Part shown: positions 49,155 to 58,605 of the stretch, piece by piece
Layout: each line of letters starts with the position of its first letter
How positions within the stretch are numbered: position 1 is the first letter of the stretch
Origin: a virus
Strand: one strand, 5' to 3'
IMG/VR virus record: IMGVR_UViG_3300045988_076504
Location: 36,080-100,079 of that record
Length of the DNA stretch: 64,000 nucleotides
Position numbers and translations under genes: made by a program
The notes under the pieces: model-generated
What the model was told of the DNA's origin: nothing
What the model saw: the letters and a program-made list of their open reading frames with translations, nothing else
Database searches by the model: none

Positions 49155-51062
49155 TTAACAAGATTGGAATAAATCTAGCTGTCTACATTCCAGCTGATTT
49201 ACTATTTTTCTTGCCTCACTAATATAGTAAGGGTAGTTAATTTTTCTTTTTTCCACCGGTTTGTCATCCAGTTTGTTTAGAATTGTAACACCGCTTTTCT
49301 TCAACAAGTTCGAATACTTAAATGGTGTTTTAGATTCATCAACTGTGTACAGATAACAACCGTCTGTACTGGCATACCAACGATTTATACGTTGAATATA
49401 TTTATCATTATACTCAACTTTAAATTTCTTATCAACACGCTGTGACATTAGAAATTTATAAATGTCGGTACAGTTTTTGACAGAATCCTCTATAGGAATG
49501 TTGTACACAAAGTAGTTTATAACAGATTCTGGGATAATGGTCGGTGCTAACCCTTTACCCAATACAGGCTCTGTTATAAACATACCTTTTTTTTCTATCA
49601 GTTTTGGATCTCTAGATTGAGAGAATCCGTCAATAACACCAAAATAATCATTGACAGCGAACTGATAAAACGCTTCATAGCTATCTGCTTCGAAAGAGAG
49701 TTTTGTTAATTGCTCAAGTTTTGCTACCGATTCCATTATAGCATCTTTGTACGCCTTTTTAGCAATAAACATCACACCGTCTGTGTTTACTTGTACAATC
49801 TCACAAGAATGCTCCAGAAGTATATCTGCAAGCATTAGTAGAATTAATTGCCCGTTTATTCTAATCTTAAACACACTAAATGGATCGTACATCCAACTAG
49901 TCTCTTGCTGCATTTTTCCTGTGACAGAATTAAGAACAAGCTTTAGCGCTAGATTCTTATGTTTCTGTCCGCTATGCTTGGCTTGTATTCTCTCATGATA
50001 AATCTGAGTATATACATCCAGGCCTGCTTTACCTAAGTGCCTAGGAAACCACCCGTAGCGCACAATGAAGGACGGATACATAGAAGCAACATCAAGGTGC
50101 CCTAAGTATTCATCTTCTTTAGGAACGTATATTCTAGGGTCGTTTAGCGAATGTATTCCGCCAACACCTATCGAATACCGTACATTTGAGACAACAAACT
50201 TGTTCTCGTAGTTTTTTTCTCCAGGCCTTTTTATAGAAGATACTACTTGTTTTTTCATATCTTCAAGGGCTTCCTGGAATTTTGGATTTTTGTATTTTAT
50301 AAATGGTAATATAACATCTTTCAAAGGAATGTTGTCCATTGGAGATCGCATTTGTTCTAGTTGTCTTTTGTTTATGTGTAATTCTTCACAAACTTTTTTA
50401 GCTAGCAATGTTTCTCCAAACTTAACACTATCCATTGAAAGTGCATTAAATCCATATTCTTTCTCTATAAACAATCGTAAATCAATGTCTCCTTTTTCGA
50501 CTAGCTGTGCAAATAATGCACAAGTTGATTCCACATCGTTTATATTGTAACTGATCATTTCGTCAATTTTATCTTTCGGTAAAAATGAATTAAAATCACC
50601 ATTGTATTCTTGCACGTTGTTGTACTTCATAGTGATTTGCATGGATTTTAATCCTACTCTGAGCTTAGAACTAAACATCATTGTAAGTAAATCCATAGAT
50701 TCGAAATAATTAGCGTATTTCCATCGTTTAATCCTATCGATATTTCCGTCTTCCGATATTATCAACGTTTGTGAAAGATTAAATAGCGATTTTGTTATAT
50801 CATATATGCTTTTATGCAACATAATGTCAACATAATCTATGATATAATTTATAATAACATCATCATAATGTTTGTTATTATAACCACATAAGAGATAGTT
50901 TTTATTAGTAAAGAAAGCTACTAATTGTTCTATCTGATTTATCCTTTCGGATATTTCAAACTTATATAGTTTCTCGTTATCTGTATCTTTTACAACACAA
51001 TGAAAAACATTAGGAAAAACTTCAATATCGTAGATCATAACTGTTTTGTTGTGTATTAGCAT
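49155..51062 (-). CDS. Family B DNA polymerase with a 3'-5' exonuclease domain (635 aa)
   Basis: Exo motifs are YDIEVFPN, NNKHYDDVII and YNINDVEST. Pol motifs are LDVASMYPS (A), KLVLNSVTGKM (B) and VNTDGV (C). Confidence 0.8.
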   Translation of the reverse strand: MLIHNKTVMIYDIEVFPNVFHCVVKDTDNEKLYKFEISERINQIEQLVAFFTNKNYLLCGYNNKHYDDVIINYIIDYVDIMLHKSIYDITKSLFNLSQTLIISEDGNIDRIKRWKYANYFESMDLLTMMFSSKLRVGLKSMQITMKYNNVQEYNGDFNSFLPKDKIDEMISYNINDVESTCALFAQLVEKGDIDLRLFIEKEYGFNALSMDSVKFGETLLAKKVCEELHINKRQLEQMRSPMDNIPLKDVILPFIKYKNPKFQEALEDMKKQVVSSIKRPGEKNYENKFVVSNVRYSIGVGGIHSLNDPRIYVPKEDEYLGHLDVASMYPSFIVRYGWFPRHLGKAGLDVYTQIYHERIQAKHSGQKHKNLALKLVLNSVTGKMQQETSWMYDPFSVFKIRINGQLILLMLADILLEHSCEIVQVNTDGVMFIAKKAYKDAIMESVAKLEQLTKLSFEADSYEAFYQFAVNDYFGVIDGFSQSRDPKLIEKKGMFITEPVLGKGLAPTIIPESVINYFVYNIPIEDSVKNCTDIYKFLMSQRVDKKFKVEYNDKYIQRINRWYASTDGCYLYTVDESKTPFKYSNLLKKSGVTILNKLDDKPVEKRKINYPYYISEARKIVNQLECRQLDLFQSC

Positions 51063-51087
51063 GATTCTATGATTCTTATTAATAATG

Positions 51088-51184
51088 TTCCCTATTCAGG
51101 ACTTGAACCTGATGTCTATCCACCGCGAATAATCAAACAAATACTGATACTAAGTTGCCAAAAAGACTGGTTATAGAATAGGGT
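51088..51184 (-). ncRNA. Atypical 97-nt class-II-like tRNA or tRNA-like element (anticodon not assignable)
   Basis: Acceptor (A)CCCTAT/ATAGGG(A). T-arm TCAGG-TTCAAGT-CCTGA. Long variable hairpin TATTC-GCGGT-GGATA. Anticodon-position hairpin ATCAG-TATTTGT-TTGAT, where the U33 position is A. The D region is oversized and non-canonical. Confidence 0.4.
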
Positions 51185-51209
51185 TCCAACCGCGAGATTG
51201 GCTTAGGTG

Positions 51210-52031
51210 TTAGATCCACATACCAACACTGGTACCGTTATGACAAAAGACTTTAAGGCAGATGAGGTCATCACCATGGCGATTTGTAGCTTTCTCTTTT
51301 AATTTACTAGCGAGCTCCTTAATGCGTTTGTCTTTTGTGGTATAATATGAAGGATGTGAATCTATTATATGTTTAGGGTCGTACATATGACCAAATAGTT
51401 TCTCATTTATAACAGTTCCGTCGTCACTATAAAATCTTACAGTGACTATACAACTGTCTTTCGGAGGATATAATGCTGATAAATCCTCACGTATCATCTC
51501 TCGTTTTTTGTCTCTAAGGTCGAGAAAACCTTGTATCAATGTTCTGGGGAATAAATCCTGTTTCAATTCCTCAAATGTAGGCTTGTGTTTACGTTCCCAC
51601 CTGTCTACTTTATGATTTTCGAGCATGTGTAAACGTTCAGCATATCCCAATTTAGTAGGTTTGTTTTTCCAAATAGCTTTGATTTCGTCTTTTGTAAGAT
51701 TCCAAGGTAATTTAAAATTTATATCTTTACGAGGTGTAAATACACCGTTGTTTATTCGAGTATAATCTCTAAATACTTTGTTCTTTGCCAACCTGTATCG
51801 TATAAATGCACGTATGGCGGATGGTGAATTATTCGGTCGTATCTTCTTCAGATACTGCAATCCGTACTTTTTCAGCAGGTCGTACATACCAAGCCTTTCA
51901 ACATCTATAACGAGTTTTTTAGCCCTTTCGGTTTTACAAAAGTTGTCAAATTTATTTACTATTTCTGTATTTTTATTTACTTTATCGAGATTCTTTTCTA
52001 TTGCTGTTTTCTTTTCTTCTTTCTTTTTCAT
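51210..52031 (-). CDS. Hypothetical basic protein (273 aa)
   Basis: Intact track ORF with stop TAA. Confidence 0.55.
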   Translation of the reverse strand: MKKKEEKKTAIEKNLDKVNKNTEIVNKFDNFCKTERAKKLVIDVERLGMYDLLKKYGLQYLKKIRPNNSPSAIRAFIRYRLAKNKVFRDYTRINNGVFTPRKDINFKLPWNLTKDEIKAIWKNKPTKLGYAERLHMLENHKVDRWERKHKPTFEELKQDLFPRTLIQGFLDLRDKKREMIREDLSALYPPKDSCIVTVRFYSDDGTVINEKLFGHMYDPKHIIDSHPSYYTTKDKRIKELASKLKEKATNRHGDDLICLKVFCHNGTSVGMWI

Positions 52032-52229
52032 ATTGATTATGCTTTTAAGGGGTTATAAAATTGATTCTAAGGCACTTCTCGTGCGTTCTAACGCATTTTG
52101 ACGTTCGTTGTGAATAACTTATCACAAAATGGTTGAAAGTGCCTTAAAATTGTTTATTTTAAGTGTTGCCATAACAGGACCCGACCCTGTGCATCTTAGT
52201 GCTGACCATATTCATAAGGCATTTTATTT

Positions 52230-52784
52230 TTATGCTATCTTATAGCGATTTATATCATCTATATCAGATGTCTCAAGCTCTGCAGTATCGTTAAATTTAG
52301 CAATATCTGCGTCAAGCTTGTTTATTTCGAGTTGCAGCTTCTTCTTAATAGAAGCAATCTTCGCTGATGTGAAAATCTCAATCTTTCCTGTACCTTTTAT
52401 ACCAGCTTTAGCCTTAGTAGCAGGATTAATTGTACTCTTCTTGAGAATCTCCTCCCAATGAGCAAGTTGCTCCTTCTTCTCGCATGCAGCATAAATTGTA
52501 TAATAATGTGTCTTCTTAGCCTCTTCAAAATCGAACTTCTTGATACCATTATTAATGGCATTCAACATAAGTTTAATCTTAATGAGAGTATCTGACATTT
52601 GTGTAATCTCATTATACAACTGTGTTAGGTCAAAACCTGAACCCATTCCGGCAGTTTTTGCCTTCTTGCTCATTACGTTCTCTGAACGTATAATACGCCA
52701 ATATTTGGTTTTAGTCTTACAAATGTTATCACGAGCAATAATAATATCCTTTGAGCTTAATTTCATTGATTTGTTCTTATTCAT
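52230..52784 (-). CDS. Hypothetical coiled-coil protein (184 aa)
   Basis: Intact track ORF. A variant of the conserved leader motif lies upstream. Confidence 0.55.
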   Translation of the reverse strand: MNKNKSMKLSSKDIIIARDNICKTKTKYWRIIRSENVMSKKAKTAGMGSGFDLTQLYNEITQMSDTLIKIKLMLNAINNGIKKFDFEEAKKTHYYTIYAACEKKEQLAHWEEILKKSTINPATKAKAGIKGTGKIEIFTSAKIASIKKKLQLEINKLDADIAKFNDTAELETSDIDDINRYKIA

Positions 52785-52893
52785 ACTAGATTTGATTTAA
52801 ATTAAACATGTTAATATGAATTTGAAAAATCGTTTACCTAGCGCCATGTGTGGACTTGCACCACCTGTTATCTATAATACAACATGGCAAAAC

Positions 52894-52919
52894 CCTCACT
52901 ATTCTCACGAACCGTGAGG
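52894..52919 (-). terminator. Hairpin plus U-run downstream of tRNA-Leu
   Basis: Minus strand: CCTCAC ... GTGAGG (an inner alternative is CTCACG-GTT-CGTGAG), followed by GTTTTG. Confidence 0.45.
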
Positions 52920-52975
52920 TAAATAAAATAATAAAATGAAAACAAAATTAAAACACTCTTACGATTAAAATTTTG

Positions 52976-53059
52976 TACCTCCAGCGGGACTCGAACCCGC
53001 ACGTCACATGGGACAACAGATTTTAAGTCTGTAGCGGCTGCCAATTACGCCATGAAGGT
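52976..53059 (-). tRNA. tRNA-Leu(UAA), class II, 84 nt, CCA not encoded
   Basis: ACCTTCA-TG-GCGT-AATTGGCAG-CCGC-T-ACAGA-CTTAAAA-TCTGT-[TGTCCCATGTGACGT]-GCGGG-TTCGAGT-CCCGC-TGGAGGT-A. It has a 7-bp acceptor stem, GG in the D-loop, U33, A37 and a long variable arm. Confidence 0.85.
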
Positions 53060-53154
53060 AACGAAGCTGGGATATTAACATGTCCCAACTTTAAGTGAAA
53101 TATATAGTAATCAATCAAACTTGTAATTAAACTCCTGTTTAACCTACAAAGAGA

Positions 53155-53682
53155 CTACTCAAAGAAATCCACACCTTTGACTCCAACTCTGATTTCGCAC
53201 AGAGGATCGCCTGATCCCGGCAAGCGTGCGATTTTAATACCATCCTTGGATTCAATCTTAATGTGTTTATCTATTTTATCACTAACAGAGAAACCCGTTG
53301 TATTTAACGGGCTTTTGACTCCATACCTTGCGGCATCAAATAAACGATCTACTACAGTGTCATATTCTTCTCGCATTACAGCATTACGTATTACCTCCTC
53401 ACTCAAGCCTTTGAGTATCACATCGTTGATATTACGTTCCTGTCCTGCAAGAGCTGCAACTGTTTTAATAGCGAAGTCTGCAAAAGAAATAGTCTTTTCA
53501 TCTCCTATAAGATGATTCCACCAAAGACACCCTGTCTTTCCAAATGTGATAGAACCATCTTCATTAATGGATACGCGACTATATAATTCTTTCTTAGACT
53601 CGTCAATCAAATTCCGTCTGATTGCCGGATCCAAGAATAGAATTTGTATTTGCAGTTTACTTCTCTGACTAATCTTTTTCAT
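53155..53682 (-). CDS. Hypothetical protein (175 aa) that terminates at TAG
   Basis: Intact track ORF. The stop codon is TAG (cta at 53155-57). Confidence 0.6.
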   Translation of the reverse strand: MKKISQRSKLQIQILFLDPAIRRNLIDESKKELYSRVSINEDGSITFGKTGCLWWNHLIGDEKTISFADFAIKTVAALAGQERNINDVILKGLSEEVIRNAVMREEYDTVVDRLFDAARYGVKSPLNTTGFSVSDKIDKHIKIESKDGIKIARLPGSGDPLCEIRVGVKGVDFFE

Positions 53683-54290
53683 TAATCAACAGTTACATTT
53701 ACATGCACCTCGCTCTTCTTCTGGTCGAGCTGGCGATAATAATCGTTTACTCCGGATATATTCTTGTCGAATGTATCCTGAATCATCTTACGCATCTTCT
53801 CAAGATCCTTCGTGAGCTCGTCGATACGACGCATCTCAGTGGCGTTAGCAGGATTCAATGCCTCAGCAAGCTTCTTTGCATTTGCAAAATAAGTTACTGT
53901 AAAATCCTTCTTGTTAAGAGCGTCTGTCACAGTGTCTGTAGTGACATCCTTTGTGAACTTCTCACTGTCGATTGGACAACGAACCTCTACAGATTCGCCT
54001 GAATCATCGACACGACCCCTGTTGATAACCACAACATTGGTTCCGTCTACATCCTTATCCAAATCGAGACCGATAATGTCGATAGGTACTATCTTATATC
54101 GGAATGGTGTGCGGTTTGTTACTAATCCGTGATTCTCATTTGCATCGCGGAGCTTCTTGTTAAAATCAAGGTCACATGGTACCTTAATAGCCTTAAAGAT
54201 TCGCTTACCGTAAAGCGATCCAAAATTGCTGATATTTACTCTGTTGTCTTCTACAAGTCTTACATTGATGTTTAATGTTTCGTTATTCAT
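53682..54290 (-). CDS. Hypothetical protein (202 aa)
   Basis: Intact track ORF forming an ATGA-type junction with the downstream gene. Confidence 0.6.
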   Translation of the reverse strand: MNNETLNINVRLVEDNRVNISNFGSLYGKRIFKAIKVPCDLDFNKKLRDANENHGLVTNRTPFRYKIVPIDIIGLDLDKDVDGTNVVVINRGRVDDSGESVEVRCPIDSEKFTKDVTTDTVTDALNKKDFTVTYFANAKKLAEALNPANATEMRRIDELTKDLEKMRKMIQDTFDKNISGVNDYYRQLDQKKSEVHVNVTVD

Positions 54291-56291
54291 AATAATTTAT
54301 CCTTTTTGATATCGTGTTTGATTACACCCACGATAAATTATGTAAAAATTCTCCTCTCAGCTCAGAGAAAGCTATAAATGCATCGTTTGATGCTACTCAA
54401 GATTTATTTTATACAGTGTCAAGTTTCTTTATGACCGCTTTATAAGCGTAAGTCACTATATGTGGATTCCAACGATAGGAATAGCTTAGCCTCATATAGA
54501 TATATACGACAGACCCGGATCTCTCACGGAAAGCTTTGAATGACCGGTGTACATCATGTACTAAATCTTATAAGTAAAACTAAATTTTTTGAAATAAAGT
54601 TTATATTCATCATCCGTCCAACGCTCTAATGTTTCTGGAATCGTGGAGGGTTCATTGGCTGAGATGATGAATATTACCCACAAAAATAAAAAGTGAGAAT
54701 ATCTTCCTTGTGCATTTCCTAAAACTAAGAAAACATTCTCCGATGCTGTACAGTCTTACGATACTGTTTAGGCGCATCTGCCACTATTCTAAGTACTGTG
54801 TAGAATAATCAATACACGTTTCATTATCGAACAGTCTAGCCTTCAGGGGGTATCTACGACTCTACGGCGGTTATTCGATGGAAAACCTTGCTAAAAACCT
54901 TCTTCTATTTATAGTGCACGAATATTGGGGATTTCAGCCCCGTACATATGTATATGTTATCACCCACATATTATTTTCACGCCCTACAGAGACAGTGTAG
55001 ACCGTGGTGGGTTAAGTCTCCCACAGGCATACGCTTTACGCACTGCTAGTATGATTTCTCATTTTAATAATATGCTGCCTACTATATTTTCTGTACTGAT
55101 TCTACCTTTCGCTTGACGCATACACTTGCGGATGTATACTTTAGGCTGGTTATCATAACGGTTGGCACTCGAACTTTCAGACCTCGTTACTCCTTATTTA
55201 CAACATAAGTTTTTCACTATCTGAGGACATCGATTTTTGTTAAACATGTTACTTTAATACTTAATATGTAGTTTTGTTCCTACACCATAATATCAAAATT
55301 TTTCATATACATACTTATGCTCATAATATATGCACTATTATTATGTACAATAACTATCATTGTTCCTTTCGGTTCTTTTTCTCTGTATAGAGAATAATAG
55401 ATATTATATATTATATATGAACATGTGTATATTATTATTTGATATTTTTATTGGCATTGAGGTAATTGATTACAACTGGAATGCTGCTCTTATTTACTCA
55501 ATGTATGTTTTTAGAAAGCCCCTCAAAAACATTAAAACGGCTGGTTTGGCTGTCAAGTAGCCACCTATGATGTCATATTTCATATAATACTAAGATTGCT
55601 AATGTCTTGTACTATAATCCTGTCTTCAGTCCTATGAACGCCGACTCTAGAGGCTGTGCAGCTGCCATACGCACCTAGTCATTTTACTTTTATATACCGC
55701 ATAAACGACCAAAGCCTGGCGGTCTTATCTCATTATAAGCGAATAGTTTTCTCAGCCTCAACTCTTTACTGCATCCCTGGACCCTTCTTTGGCTCAAAAG
55801 GCTGCTGAATCGAACAGCACAGATTTATCCCTGGACACTACGTTTACTGCGTAGCTTGGTCTAACTGACAATAATATGATCTGACTCACATATTACCTAC
55901 CAAGTCCTTCTCTATTCTATCTTATACCCTAATAAAATTTTCATCCCTTCATACACAGTTTGGACCTGTGGAACACTAGATTAAGCAATGATGTATCACA
56001 TAGAGGTTGGAAGTCTATGTGTTCAGCACTTGTATACGGTTACCAATGTAATCCACATCAAAATTACAAAGAGTATTAGCTACCGGTTCATTTTGCTCTT
56101 CTTGAGACTTACGCGTCTTCCTAAGTCGTTATTCGCCAGACGGTTCTCAATAACGCTGTTGGGGTTGATACAACGCTCTCCCCACTTACATATTACTTTT
56201 CACATAATATGCATTTCATCCTACCTTTTGAGTTATCTCGCCTTTTGAGAAGGTTAACATATTCTCGGATCAAGTTTATTTCGTACACGAG
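54291..56291 (-). other. 2-kb ORF-free, hairpin-dense region: candidate large structured ncRNA(s) and/or replication origin
   Basis: All six frames carry frequent stops of all three kinds, so recoding does not rescue an ORF. There are many perfect 5-12 bp helices. An AT-rich spacer at ~55260-55500 splits it into two GC-richer halves. Confidence 0.5.
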
Positions 56292-56744
56292 CTAATGAGA
56301 CTCGTTATATGTACTGACGGAGGTGTCTTCGACTGAATGATCGTAATCATTCTCTCCCGGAGTGAATATCGTTTCGCAGTCTATGTCTTCAGGGCTAGCT
56401 TTCCTTACAACATATTTAGCTTGAGAATCACTGCAGGTTTGCTCCTCACGAACCTTTGATGAAGCAATATACAATATAGGTACATACAACGTATCATGTA
56501 CTGCATATGGTACTTTCACCACTTTTACATTCTCTTTATGGTTGCACACTTGTGATGTTGTCTCAGGATTGACAGGATCACGTTTCATATGACTCAGCTG
56601 GAGATCATATGGCAATTGCCCTATTACAGGCATCACTGGTGCAGCTTGTATAGTTACACCAGGATCTGCTCTATTGTTTATTCCTACTAATAGGCCGTAT
56701 AGTAGTAACATTGAGCATGAAATAATTGTTGTTAACTTTTTCAT
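56292..56744 (-). CDS. Secreted or membrane-anchored protein with an N-terminal signal/TM (150 aa) that terminates at TAG
   Basis: The N-terminus is MKKLTTIISCSMLLLYGLLVG. The stop codon is TAG (cta at 56292-94). The conserved ATTATCAAA-ATG leader lies upstream. Confidence 0.6.
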   Translation of the reverse strand: MKKLTTIISCSMLLLYGLLVGINNRADPGVTIQAAPVMPVIGQLPYDLQLSHMKRDPVNPETTSQVCNHKENVKVVKVPYAVHDTLYVPILYIASSKVREEQTCSDSQAKYVVRKASPEDIDCETIFTPGENDYDHSVEDTSVSTYNESH

Positions 56745-57100
56745 TTTGATAATGTGTTAAGCGATAGCTTCTTTCTTTTCATGGTCTACTATTACAGTAA
56801 TACCATTATGTCTAGGTACCATCATCGATACGTCAAGATTATGTGTATAACCTCGGGCGTCTAAATTGTTGATGACTTTTCTAAGCTTTTTCTACTACCG
56901 ATATGAATTTCTGACATTTTGATAATGTTTTTAATTGTTTTAGGAGTTGCGAATGCGTCTTCCAAATTTTGGAATTCCACCTTCATCTAGTTCGACATGC
57001 AAAAGATTCTTTATAGATGTAGCTACTCGTCTACAAGAATCTTTTACATCGTCGACAACTAGTTGAATATGTCTTTTTTTACGAATCTTTCGTAACTCCT

Positions 57101-58534
57101 TTATGCGTTTTTTGAGTCTTCTTTTTTGGCTTCAGCAGCAGCTTTTGCTTCTGCCTCACGCATCTCCTTAATCTCCTCTGTAGTATACGCTACAAGATCG
57201 TGGAGATTAATCTCGGCATAGGTCTCATCCCGGTCAGCTAACGGCTTGAACATGTTACATATAATGCCAGCATGCTGTACAATATTGTAATCCATGTTCT
57301 TAAATCCGCCACGAGCAGAGTTCGGATAATACTGATCCTTAATGCGGCCATAAATCTTAATGGCTCCAGGATCCTTATCCTTGTCCATCTTCTCAATGAG
57401 AGAGCTGACGATCTCTGGATCCGGATTCGTTACATAGCCCAAGATGTCCTTATAGTGCTGGATAGAGTTCTTGTACTTCTCAGCTACATCCTTATAGTCT
57501 TTTGCTTTCTTATCAAGAGCGTCAAGATTCTTTTGCTCGTCAGCAATAGTATTGTTAGCTACAAGATAAATGATCGCCTTAACGGCGTCAGCAATTGACT
57601 GTTCGTCCCATACAGGTTGTCCTGTCTCAGGGTCTGTAAGAGACTTTCTGAGAATACAGAATGAAGAAATCGGACTCTTGTCGAAAGACGCCATGGTGAT
57701 AAGACCACGTCCGATACCGTGAAGAAGAAATGTAGGCTTGACGTATGAGAATGCATCCATCAACCACTGGTCAACAGTATAATCGTCATACTTCAGCTTT
57801 GCTTCAGCAGAGTTCTCCGCTTTATCTGCCATTGTCATGCGATAGGTACGCATGAAATCAACAACACTTACAAGTGTGTTCTTGATATTGGTCTTCTTAG
57901 GACCGACAATCAACAGATACTGAAGAGCCTTTTTGAGATCGTCCTCACTCATAGCTGCCACCTTTACAGGGTCAAGCTCTGGCTGCTCGTCCTCAATCGC
58001 ATGTTCTTCTGCAAGCTTCTCCTTTGCCGCCTTGGACACCTTTACCTCTTTGCTGTCAACAGTCACATTACCGTTCTCGTCAACCGGCAACGCCTTAACG
58101 TTCGGCAATGTGATACCCATATCCTTTGCAGCAACAAGAAGCTGAGGATACATTGTATGGTTAAGAACTGCTGAGAAGGTAGAATTACCATATACTGCCT
58201 CATCTGCAATTGCTGCGATAACGCCGGCTGCAACGATAGCATTCGCTCCCTCTCTTACCTCTAGCGAGAACTTGCGTTCTGCATCTGGGTCTTTGCGAAA
58301 GATATCGTCAGCAAGACACAACAGATCTACGCGATGATTTGCATCGAGAGACGACTGGGTACCACCTACAAGATTCTTTGCGTTTATCTGTGAAGGATTT
58401 ACTTGATCCTTCTTAGGAGGTTCTACTGTTGTCTCGACTGTTTCTACTACAGCTGCTTCTGCTGGAGCTGCTGCTGGTTTATTTACTTTAGTTGTCTTCT
58501 TTTGAGTTTTGTTATTTTTAGTTTTAGCTGCCAT
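57101..58534 (-). CDS. Abundant-looking early protein of unknown function (477 aa; Lys/Ala/Pro-rich N-terminus, Ala/Glu/Lys C-terminal tail)
   Basis: Intact ORF preceded by the conserved leader. By eye it is visibly more GC-rich than its neighbours. Confidence 0.6.
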   Translation of the reverse strand: MAAKTKNNKTQKKTTKVNKPAAAPAEAAVVETVETTVEPPKKDQVNPSQINAKNLVGGTQSSLDANHRVDLLCLADDIFRKDPDAERKFSLEVREGANAIVAAGVIAAIADEAVYGNSTFSAVLNHTMYPQLLVAAKDMGITLPNVKALPVDENGNVTVDSKEVKVSKAAKEKLAEEHAIEDEQPELDPVKVAAMSEDDLKKALQYLLIVGPKKTNIKNTLVSVVDFMRTYRMTMADKAENSAEAKLKYDDYTVDQWLMDAFSYVKPTFLLHGIGRGLITMASFDKSPISSFCILRKSLTDPETGQPVWDEQSIADAVKAIIYLVANNTIADEQKNLDALDKKAKDYKDVAEKYKNSIQHYKDILGYVTNPDPEIVSSLIEKMDKDKDPGAIKIYGRIKDQYYPNSARGGFKNMDYNIVQHAGIICNMFKPLADRDETYAEINLHDLVAYTTEEIKEMREAEAKAAAEAKKEDSKNA

Positions 58535-58605
58535 AATTTTGATAATTATTTAAAACGTTAATATATGTTAATTTATAGTTGATGGTCTTGGAATCGTTTT
58601 GAAAT

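Noticed and set aside
54995-55020. The string ggtgggttaagtctcc resembles the 16S rRNA GGGTTAAGTCCCGCAACGAG box
   Set aside because: Only about 11 nt match, and the flanking sequence has no further rRNA similarity. It is most likely a coincidence.
55380-55450. AT-rich runs (atattatatattatatat, tattattatt) considered as a CRISPR array or iterons
   Set aside because: This is simple low-complexity sequence without a repeat-spacer periodicity. No CRISPR-like direct repeats were seen anywhere in the window. The origin idea is kept only as an alternative within the 2-kb-region finding.
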